64,000 nt of DNA from a virus, in IMG/VR virus record IMGVR_UViG_3300025789_000822, positions 24,464 through 88,463 of that record. One strand, given 5' to 3'. Positions 57,107 through 64,000 of the stretch are shown here, one piece after another (the first letter of the stretch is position 1; each line of letters begins with the position of its first letter). A program made the position numbers and the translations under genes. The notes under the pieces are model-generated. The model was not told where the DNA came from and made no database searches. It saw only the letters and a program-made list of their open reading frames with translations.

Positions 57107-58654
57107 TTACCCTAAGACGGCAAAGAAGGGTAATGGGGCAATGATTTCTTGGTGATCTCTAATATGTGATTCTAAATCGCTGTTATAGTCACTTAGTAGT
57201 TGAAAGATTCTAACTACTAACAATGATGACATAACCAAATCGTCTGTGTCGCCGATTTTGGCAGCATAACTTCCCCCACTAGCAACAAACGCTTTTAATT
57301 CACTAATCAATGATCTACTATGTAGTGTCATCTTTTTAGATTCTAGTAGTGTCTTGAATTTAGCACAGGCTGCTAATTTAGGTTTCTGCGATGTAGTGAA
57401 GCCTTTACGCTTTTTACCGGGTTCACTAATAAAGATACCGGGAATGTTACTTTCTCCGTATTCTGCTAATGAGATTAATGCGGCTTCACCGATACTGTTG
57501 TTTTCTACAGAGTAGTAAACATTGTTAGGTTCTTTTGTTATGTCAGTAATATACTTGTTAATTTGCGCTAATAGTTTGATTTGGCTGGGGATGTCTGTTT
57601 TGTTGTGTTTCCATTCACCAATTTGCGTAGTGGTGTTTGCTTCGTAAATTTGAATGGCAGCATTGTCGCCACCGGTACCAAGACTTGGGTCTAACCCTAC
57701 TACATAGATATTCCCTTTAACTGGTTGTTTATACCAACGTACTTGCCCCATACGTGTAATAGGTTCTATGCCTTCTAGCTGAATAAGTGTGTTAGGATTG
57801 ATTAAGGTTTCGTCAGCAATAATGAATTCGCAACCAATTTCTCGATTGAAACGATCTTCACCCAACTGTGCTTTCATTTCAGCAGCCCATTTTTCATCAC
57901 GTCCCGGTTGCTCAGTCCAATATGCACGATATGCTCTGAATCCGTTTATACCTAATTCAGTTTGATTGCCATACTCATCTTCTGTTTTATTAGCACCTTT
58001 CCAAATCAATGCAAACTGGTCTTCATCACTATTTGGTGTACTTGTAATAATCGCCTTACCACCAGTTGATAGTGTTGGTGTAATAGAAGTCCAGAACTCT
58101 TGCGCAATACTAGGTCTAACAAATGCAAACTCATCAAGATACAATAATGTAATAGACATACCACGACCAGTATTTTCAGTAGTTGTCGCACTAACAATAC
58201 GACTACCGTTCTCAAAGTCTAAACTACCTTTGTTGTATGTTGTTACACCAGCTTTAATATGGTCGAGGCAGTTTTCATATGCATAACGAATACGTTGCAT
58301 AATTTCCTGAGCGCCTGTATATTTGTGTGCGGCAATTAGAATAGTACTGTCAGGGACAAACATAGCGTACCACAAAAGATATCCGGCTGCACTTGTTGAC
58401 TTACCTGACTGTCGAGGCATGAGTGAAATACTATAACGATAATTGTGATATGTGTGAATTAACTTCTCTTGGTAGGGCCAAGGATGATACAACATACTAC
58501 CCTTAGTAGGGTGTTGTATGTAAAAGAAGTTATCCATGAAATATAGATAACCTGTTTCTGGATCACAACACTTTACAAAATCATCTAATTCTTTTTGTGT
58601 TGCAAAGTGTGTTTTTGTATAAGGTGTTTTAACTAATGTGGGTGCGTTTGCCAT
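57107..58654 (-). CDS. terL: Terminase large subunit (T4 gp17-like)
   Basis: PRQSGKST, LLYLDEFAF, ITSTPN, GLDPS, DDLVM. Confidence 0.95.
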   Translation of the reverse strand: MANAPTLVKTPYTKTHFATQKELDDFVKCCDPETGYLYFMDNFFYIQHPTKGSMLYHPWPYQEKLIHTYHNYRYSISLMPRQSGKSTSAAGYLLWYAMFVPDSTILIAAHKYTGAQEIMQRIRYAYENCLDHIKAGVTTYNKGSLDFENGSRIVSATTTENTGRGMSITLLYLDEFAFVRPSIAQEFWTSITPTLSTGGKAIITSTPNSDEDQFALIWKGANKTEDEYGNQTELGINGFRAYRAYWTEQPGRDEKWAAEMKAQLGEDRFNREIGCEFIIADETLINPNTLIQLEGIEPITRMGQVRWYKQPVKGNIYVVGLDPSLGTGGDNAAIQIYEANTTTQIGEWKHNKTDIPSQIKLLAQINKYITDITKEPNNVYYSVENNSIGEAALISLAEYGESNIPGIFISEPGKKRKGFTTSQKPKLAACAKFKTLLESKKMTLHSRSLISELKAFVASGGSYAAKIGDTDDLVMSSLLVVRIFQLLSDYNSDLESHIRDHQEIIAPLPFFAVLG

Positions 58655-58676
58655 AGTATTATTTATAAGAAATATA

Positions 58677-58958
58677 CTACTTCTTAGAAAATGGGCTTTC
58701 TCCTGTTAAGTCAGGTTTAGCAAACATAACTTTGAACCATTCTTTATCGCCGGGTTTAATGTTATTGTCACGTATATACTGTGCTTTTTCGGCAGCTAAT
58801 ACATGGTTGGGTATATATGTGTATTCACCGTTAACTTTACCGTTACCACTTAAACGTTTTAAATCATCCAATGTCATTTCTTTTTCTGGACCTGGATTAA
58901 AATTTTGCATATTTTTATATGCATTTTGTAATTTTGCTTGGTTAAACGGATCGAACAT
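58677..58958 (-). CDS. Hypothetical late protein
   Basis: Start moved to MFDPF (TAAATA-N4-ATG); LKRLSG motif, IKPGDKEWFK. Confidence 0.6.
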   Translation of the reverse strand: MFDPFNQAKLQNAYKNMQNFNPGPEKEMTLDDLKRLSGNGKVNGEYTYIPNHVLAAEKAQYIRDNNIKPGDKEWFKVMFAKPDLTGESPFSKK

Positions 58959-58985
58959 ATAGTATTTATTGTGTCTACATATGGA

Positions 58986-59007
58986 ATCTCGGGGAGACCC
59001 CGAGATA
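58986..59007. terminator. Hairpin / possible terminator
   Basis: ATCTCGGG-GAGA-CCCCGAGAT inverted repeat; weak U-tract. Confidence 0.45.
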
Positions 59008-59013
59008 TGCATA

Positions 59014-59727
59014 TTATTTAATGTCTAGTGGACGCTTTTTAGTTGCGACAATGCAGAAATACTTTTCTTTCATTGTAATTCGCTCTCCATTTACTGGATC
59101 ATTAAGGTCTGTTGGCATACTGATATCAAATTGATAGTCATTGAATAAATCAATATCAAATCCACAACGTTGAAGCAATGATGCAATCATTTGCGGGCCC
59201 AACACGCTATAGTGATTAGGGTTAATTTCATGTTTACGATCACATTCCGGAGCAGGAACTTCAATGTAAATCTTACTACCTTGTTTTAAAATACGATTGT
59301 ATTCCATTAAACTAAAGATAGGATATGGACTATGTTCTAATGCTTGACGCAAGAAAATAAAGTCTACGCTTTCATCATAGTAGCCATCACGTTGTGGGAT
59401 AAAACTTAGGTCGTATTTTTTAATAGTGTGGCCTTTGCCTTCACAAATAGCAACATCACCGGGGCTTAGTGTAACACCAACTAAGTCTGTGTACCCTCTA
59501 GATTTCATTTCATCTAAAAAGTAACCAGGTCCGCATCCTAAATCTAAGATTTTAGCGTCTTTTGGTAAGTTTAATGGGTCAACATAAGTTGCCACGATTT
59601 GTTTTGTAATGTTACAATGTAACTCACTATCGCCCTCATCATAGATGTGTGCAGTATAAAGCCATTCATTGTAGAACTTTAACTTAACTAAGTCAAGGGT
59701 GTTGTTGATATCGATTAGATTTTGCAT
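59014..59727 (-). CDS. Class I SAM-dependent methyltransferase
   Basis: ILDLGCGPG, ALEHS, RILK.G..IYIEVP. Confidence 0.88.
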   Translation of the reverse strand: MQNLIDINNTLDLVKLKFYNEWLYTAHIYDEGDSELHCNITKQIVATYVDPLNLPKDAKILDLGCGPGYFLDEMKSRGYTDLVGVTLSPGDVAICEGKGHTIKKYDLSFIPQRDGYYDESVDFIFLRQALEHSPYPIFSLMEYNRILKQGSKIYIEVPAPECDRKHEINPNHYSVLGPQMIASLLQRCGFDIDLFNDYQFDISMPTDLNDPVNGERITMKEKYFCIVATKKRPLDIK

Positions 59728-59777
59728 AAGATTCCTAAGTTTGATAATATTACTTATTAGGAATCTATGCAGTTAAA

Positions 59778-60179
59778 TTATTTTCCTGTGCGATAATTTT
59801 TCAATTTTCTGCTAGTAGTTGGACTAACTTTATGGACATCATCAGGCTCAGCACTTTTCTTACTAGGTTTTGCAAGTGTGTGATATTCACCGGGGATAGT
59901 TTTCATCGCTGCCTGAACCATATTATGTTCTTCATCTGTATATGGATGTATGCCATTGAACTTTTCTGTTGGACTAGCAACATCCATATCAACTGGTTTA
60001 GTTGATTTACCATCTGCTATGGCCATAGCCATCCACAAACGATTCATATGATAAACACGATCATATCCACCTGTATCACGTGCAATATAACTGCCTGGGC
60101 CCGGGACTACGCTTTCGTGATCCTTGTGTAAACTTGATCTAGGTGGACCAGCTTCGCTAATAAATTCACTTGCTCTCAT
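59778..60179 (-). CDS. Putative head-associated protein
   Basis: Start moved to MRASEFISE (CTS-like). Confidence 0.55.
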   Translation of the reverse strand: MRASEFISEAGPPRSSLHKDHESVVPGPGSYIARDTGGYDRVYHMNRLWMAMAIADGKSTKPVDMDVASPTEKFNGIHPYTDEEHNMVQAAMKTIPGEYHTLAKPSKKSAEPDDVHKVSPTTSRKLKNYRTGK

Positions 60180-60180
60180 T

Positions 60181-60726
60181 TTATGATCCTTGATTTGTTG
60201 CCATGACAATATTACTTTGCGTAGCCATAACTGAATTAGAATATCCGTCTAATGCGATAGCCAATCCTGGAACAACATTACCAAGCCACATTACTTGTGA
60301 GCCGATAAAATGTAATACTGTGTTATTTGAAATAGGATTCGCTAAAATTTGTACGTTTCCCGATGTACCATCAACTGTCATATCAAAACTCGACACACAA
60401 TTTCCAAAAAATGTTGAACCATATGCTGTGAATTTCACATTGCTTGAATCTGCGCTTACTTGAGAATATAATTGAATTGTTTGACTGTCTGAGGTAGATG
60501 TATCTGTAGATTGAATATAGAATTGGCCTTGACTAAAAGTATTTGCAGGAGATTCAAAGATGATTTGTCCTGCTGTGTTTCCTGTAGTCAATACGTTGCT
60601 GAAATTGGTAAAACTAGCAAAAAGATTAGTGAAGTTGTCATTAATCTTGTTGAACGCCGTGCGTAACGGGTCACCTTGCCCGTCATTTGGGCTAGTGCCT
60701 ATATTAATAATTTCTTGTATAGCCAT
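60181..60726 (-). CDS. Baseplate wedge/tail-fibre connector-like protein
   Basis: INIGTSPNDGQGDPLRTAFNKINDNF (gp9/gp10-type N-terminus). Confidence 0.7.
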   Translation of the reverse strand: MAIQEIINIGTSPNDGQGDPLRTAFNKINDNFTNLFASFTNFSNVLTTGNTAGQIIFESPANTFSQGQFYIQSTDTSTSDSQTIQLYSQVSADSSNVKFTAYGSTFFGNCVSSFDMTVDGTSGNVQILANPISNNTVLHFIGSQVMWLGNVVPGLAIALDGYSNSVMATQSNIVMATNQGS

Positions 60727-60760
60727 GATAATCTTCCTATCATGTATTTATCACAAATAC

Positions 60761-61027
60761 TTATTTGGGGATATTGTCAAAAATCTTCTTTTGAGTGTTG
60801 TACCATTCAATCCAACCATCATTATTAACTGCGCATTTATAGTAAGTTGTATAGTTTCTGACTACAACTTCATCAACTTCGCTTAATTTAGTCTGATCGG
60901 GTAACTTTTCTAGTTCAGGACAGGGTACAAGTAATGTGTCGGGAACATCAGGAAACTTGGGTACTACAGGAACTGAAGTTGCACATCCTGTTAACAATAC
61001 TAAACTTAAAACTATTAGACTTCTCAT
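60761..61027 (-). CDS. Outer-membrane spanin (Rz1-like lipoprotein)
   Basis: Signal peptide with lipobox LTGC, Pro-rich, NY..YY.C. Confidence 0.78.
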   Translation of the reverse strand: MRSLIVLSLVLLTGCATSVPVVPKFPDVPDTLLVPCPELEKLPDQTKLSEVDEVVVRNYTTYYKCAVNNDGWIEWYNTQKKIFDNIPK

Positions 61028-61497
61028 TTCTTATCTGAAGCCTTTCCTATGATTCTAAAATCAGGCTGTGCTGCCGCATCATTGTGGGCCTTGACAAATA
61101 CGTCAGGAATCTTGCATTCACTATCGTATTTTGTAACTTCTCTGTCAATATATTCCACAACAGTATCACCTTTTTGTTGAACTACTTGTTTCCTAGTCAA
61201 AACTTTAGTGACGATTTGAACGTTTTGTTTTTGCGATTCTACTTCGGCTTGTGCTATTTTTGCTTGTGCCTCAGCCATTTTATTGCGCCAGGCCATTTCT
61301 GTGTCGTAGCTACCGTAGAAATATACACCTGCAATAGTAAGGATAGTTGAAATTATTCTTACAGGCTCTCTGTATGGCAATGTAGCAAGCCAAAAATTCA
61401 TAATTAGGCCTGCTACATATAATCCTATACCACTGAATAATACTGCTAGTACTATAAAGTGAAGGAAACTATCGGGGATAAAGTTGAGTAACCACAT
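61024..61497 (-). CDS. Inner-membrane spanin (Rz-like)
   Basis: N-terminal TM helices, coiled coil, C-terminal CKIP..FV..HN.AA; ATGA overlap with o-spanin. Confidence 0.72.
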   Translation of the reverse strand: MWLLNFIPDSFLHFIVLAVLFSGIGLYVAGLIMNFWLATLPYREPVRIISTILTIAGVYFYGSYDTEMAWRNKMAEAQAKIAQAEVESQKQNVQIVTKVLTRKQVVQQKGDTVVEYIDREVTKYDSECKIPDVFVKAHNDAAAQPDFRIIGKASDKK

Positions 61498-61504
61498 TGT
61501 ACTC

Positions 61505-62566
61505 TTATTTAGCAAAAAATTCTAAAACACTTTGTACAATGTATTCAATTTCTCCATCTGTTAGTTCGGGGTAAATAGGCAGACTTAGTACTCCCCTAGT
61601 TAAGAACACACTGGTCGCTAACATAGTTGGTTTAATATATGGCTTAGCAATAGGTAGTTCGCTTAGTGCACGTTCATAGTGAATTTTAGTTTCAATGCCC
61701 TTATTTGTTAAGTATTGTTTTAGTTGATCTCGTTGCTTTGTATATACTACAAACTTTTGATCAGCATGAGTTCTAAATCCTGCGCTTAAACATTTCATTG
61801 GTGCATTTTTAAATTGATCACAGTAATATAAGCGTGTGACTTCTCTACGTTTTTGCCAAGCACTAATATATTGTGCACGTACTAACAAGTGAGCGGCATC
61901 TTGTTCGCTTAATTTACTATTAGTGCCTACATATTCATTGTACCCTTTGTCATTGTCTCTATAACGTTTTGCATATTCATACAATTCTTCGTTGTTAGTT
62001 ACAATAGCACCACCGTTGCCACTTGCATTTAAGTTCTTTGTAGGGTCAAAACTGATTGCCATGCCCTCACCAAAGTTGCCATCAGCGACTAGCCAGTGTT
62101 GTGCCCCGTCAACAATTACATCAGAGGGAATATCATATGTTTGTGGTGCACCATATAGTCCTACAAAACATTTATAGGTTAAACTATCTGTGTTTGATAC
62201 ATTGATTAAGCCATTGCTATCGGTATCACATAGTTCAATATCCCAACCTGTGTTGATGAATGCGTTTAATGTGGCAGGATATGTAACATTGGGGATATAA
62301 ACTTTAGGTTTGATATTAAAGTCAAAAGGATTGTTTGCTAGATAATGAAATCTAGCAATCATTTCTAAAGCCTGTGTTCCGCTATGTACAGTTAGTGCGT
62401 ATTGCGCGCCTGTGTAATCTTTAAGCCACTGTTCAAACTTATTAGTATAAGGTCCGCCGACCAAACACCCACTTCTGAGTACTTGATCGGTGGCAAATAA
62501 TAATTCTGCTTTTAAGTTACTGTATTGTCTTTGCAGACCAAAATGGGGAATTTGTAAGCCACTCAT
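61505..62566 (-). CDS. DegT/DnrJ/EryC1/StrS PLP-dependent sugar aminotransferase
   Basis: SGTQAL, DGAQ, SFDPTKNL, GGAI.T, LSLPIYP. Confidence 0.9.
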   Translation of the reverse strand: MSGLQIPHFGLQRQYSNLKAELLFATDQVLRSGCLVGGPYTNKFEQWLKDYTGAQYALTVHSGTQALEMIARFHYLANNPFDFNIKPKVYIPNVTYPATLNAFINTGWDIELCDTDSNGLINVSNTDSLTYKCFVGLYGAPQTYDIPSDVIVDGAQHWLVADGNFGEGMAISFDPTKNLNASGNGGAIVTNNEELYEYAKRYRDNDKGYNEYVGTNSKLSEQDAAHLLVRAQYISAWQKRREVTRLYYCDQFKNAPMKCLSAGFRTHADQKFVVYTKQRDQLKQYLTNKGIETKIHYERALSELPIAKPYIKPTMLATSVFLTRGVLSLPIYPELTDGEIEYIVQSVLEFFAK

Positions 62567-63488
62567 AATATTTTTCGAACCCTTCTTCTACATCGACCTT
62601 CGGATCAAACTGAAAATCTTTTCTTGCATTATCAATATTTAATGCACCGCGGCTTGGGAAATCTGCGTCTTTACCGCGCACTTCGATATTACCCTTGCCT
62701 ACAATCTTTACTGCTAATTCGGCAGCATCAATTAGAGTTCTACTGTGGCTTTTTGTGATGTTGTATGTTTTGTTTGTTGCATATGGACTAAGTGAGGCTG
62801 CGACAATTCCGTCTGCCGCATCGTCCACATAAGTGAAGTCGAGGGTTTCACCGGCTCCGTTGACCTTGAGGGTTCCTCCTCGCATGGCTGTAAGCATAAA
62901 CTTTGCAATAACTCTATCTTCCACGTCAAGCGGGCCGTATACAGCACTAGGACGCACAATAGTATAGTTAAAACAACCTCGGCGCGTGTAATCTTTGACA
63001 ACATGTTCTCCTGCTAATTTCATAATGCCATATTGGCCTTGTGGTTTACAAATGGCATCTTCTGTAACATCATCAGTAAAGTCTCCATAGACCATACTTG
63101 AACTAATATACATAAATCTATCTACTGAATATTTCTTGCTCAATTCACATAGATTCATTAAACCTTCCATCATTGTTCTTGCACCAATCATGGGATTAGC
63201 ATTGACAACTTTTTGACGGGGGAAACTTGCCATATGAATCACTACTTCAGGCTTATATTTGTCAAATAACCAATTCATTCCTTCAACATCACTGATATCG
63301 ATTCTATGAATTGCAGTAGTACTAATTTTCTTTAATCGTTCTGCCACAAGGTAATCAAGTTCGTCTTGCGGAACCAATCCATAATTAGTTCGGGTATCTG
63401 TAATAGAAACTTCATGTCCTAAGTTTTCTAAACGTGCTACTACATTGTGACCTATCAAACCGAGGCCGCCGGTTACTAAAATTCTCAT
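62517..63488 (-). CDS. NAD-dependent nucleotide-sugar epimerase/dehydratase
   Basis: TGGLGLIG, SSSMVYG, YGIMK, DFTYVDD. Confidence 0.92.
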   Translation of the reverse strand: MRILVTGGLGLIGHNVVARLENLGHEVSITDTRTNYGLVPQDELDYLVAERLKKISTTAIHRIDISDVEGMNWLFDKYKPEVVIHMASFPRQKVVNANPMIGARTMMEGLMNLCELSKKYSVDRFMYISSSMVYGDFTDDVTEDAICKPQGQYGIMKLAGEHVVKDYTRRGCFNYTIVRPSAVYGPLDVEDRVIAKFMLTAMRGGTLKVNGAGETLDFTYVDDAADGIVAASLSPYATNKTYNITKSHSRTLIDAAELAVKIVGKGNIEVRGKDADFPSRGALNIDNARKDFQFDPKVDVEEGFEKYYEWLTNSPFWSAKTIQ

Positions 63489-63730
63489 TCGTGTTTCAAC
63501 CTATAAAATGTTAAATCTTTTTCTTCTAAATATGCTACGATATCATAATGATAACCATAGTTGTATGGATCAGTCCTTCGATGCCATTCAGGCTGTTGCT
63601 TACTATTTTCCATAACAAACTTTCCTGCTTCTGTTTGTTGCCATTCCCAAATAGGCTGTGCTACAAACAAATCAGGATCCTCAACGTCACCCATTCTAAT
63701 TGAATGTACTTTAGTTTTTACAATTTTCAT
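63485..63730 (-). CDS. Small hypothetical protein (F-x-L C-terminal family)
   Basis: GDVEDPDL..W; ends LEEKDLTFYRLKHE. Confidence 0.6.
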   Translation of the reverse strand: MKIVKTKVHSIRMGDVEDPDLFVAQPIWEWQQTEAGKFVMENSKQQPEWHRRTDPYNYGYHYDIVAYLEEKDLTFYRLKHE

Positions 63731-63942
63731 TTAAGTATACCTGACAAATAAATCAATGCAATAACAATGTTGGGGATAATTAGTGCGGCTTCTTTCCATA
63801 ATACTCCACTAGTAGTCCACATAATAGCAGTAGCAAGCCCTGCATATTTATTATATGGTATGAAATCATGGCTAGTTAAAAATACAGTTAACAAACTGCC
63901 AAATGTCCCTGCCCATTTCACGTAGAATACGGTTGGCTTCAT
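63727..63942 (-). CDS. Small membrane protein
   Basis: 71 aa, two to three hydrophobic segments. Confidence 0.55.
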   Translation of the reverse strand: MKPTVFYVKWAGTFGSLLTVFLTSHDFIPYNKYAGLATAIMWTTSGVLWKEAALIIPNIVIALIYLSGILK

Positions 63943-64000
63943 ACTGCCATTTCAGCCTTGATAGTACCATGTGATTTATAACCATCTAACACAATATCAC
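63939..64000 (-). CDS. thyA: Thymidylate synthase, C-terminal end (partial)
   Basis: Manual translation DIVLDGYKSHGTIKAEMAV-stop matches the ThyA C-terminus. Confidence 0.75.
   Translation of the reverse strand, partial: DIVLDGYKSHGTIKAEMAV

Noticed and set aside
45182-58654. Inteins in uvsW, uvsX or terminase
   Set aside because: Lengths and motif spacing are normal; no C...HN intein ends
398-63004. Many short antisense or alternate-frame ORFs in the track (e.g. 842-1228, 12119-12553, 48081-48635)
   Set aside because: They are shadows of well-supported genes, with no RBS or motifs
1-64000. Stop-codon reassignment as in some jumbo phages
   Set aside because: Core genes are intact in code 11, and TAA, TGA and TAG all end ORFs at sensible positions
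1-64000. CRISPR array, tRNA genes, DGR or retron
   Set aside because: No repeat-spacer series, cloverleaf, reverse transcriptase or TR/VR pair seen by eye; intergenic gaps are short

Overview
A 64-kb, AT-rich, densely coding segment of a large contractile-tailed (T4-superfamily/jumbo-like) phage. Genes lie mostly on the minus strand and use the standard code. Spanins and a proteobacterial-type IscA point to a Gram-negative host. Virion genes: tail sheath, tube, neck gp13/14/15-like, gp4-like, tail fibres, terminase and probable internal head proteins. Replication/recombination genes: gp41-like helicase, primase, a 193-aa mini-DnaE, a DEDD exonuclease, a gp62-like protein, UvsW/X/Y and a gp32-like SSB. 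Other genes: nucleotide metabolism (dNMP kinase, MazG, Nudix, ThyA fragment), spanins, and a sugar/modification set (epimerase, DegT, SGNH-like x3, GT-like, methyltransferase, radical SAM-dioxygenase fusion). I found no tRNA, rRNA or CRISPR array. Most notable observations: (1) cassette-built putative head polyproteins with exact DNA repeats at predicted protease junctions; (2) homing endonucleases that appear to take over a leaderless late start site and give the downstream gene a new RBS and a non-ATG start, seen twice; (3) at least 10 TAAATA-N4-6-ATG leaderless genes plus promoter-in-hairpin translational gates; (4) a three-hairpin RNA leader; (5) a tandem array of small paralogues ending in F-x-L-x-W. 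All functional calls are from motif recognition; no database searches were run.
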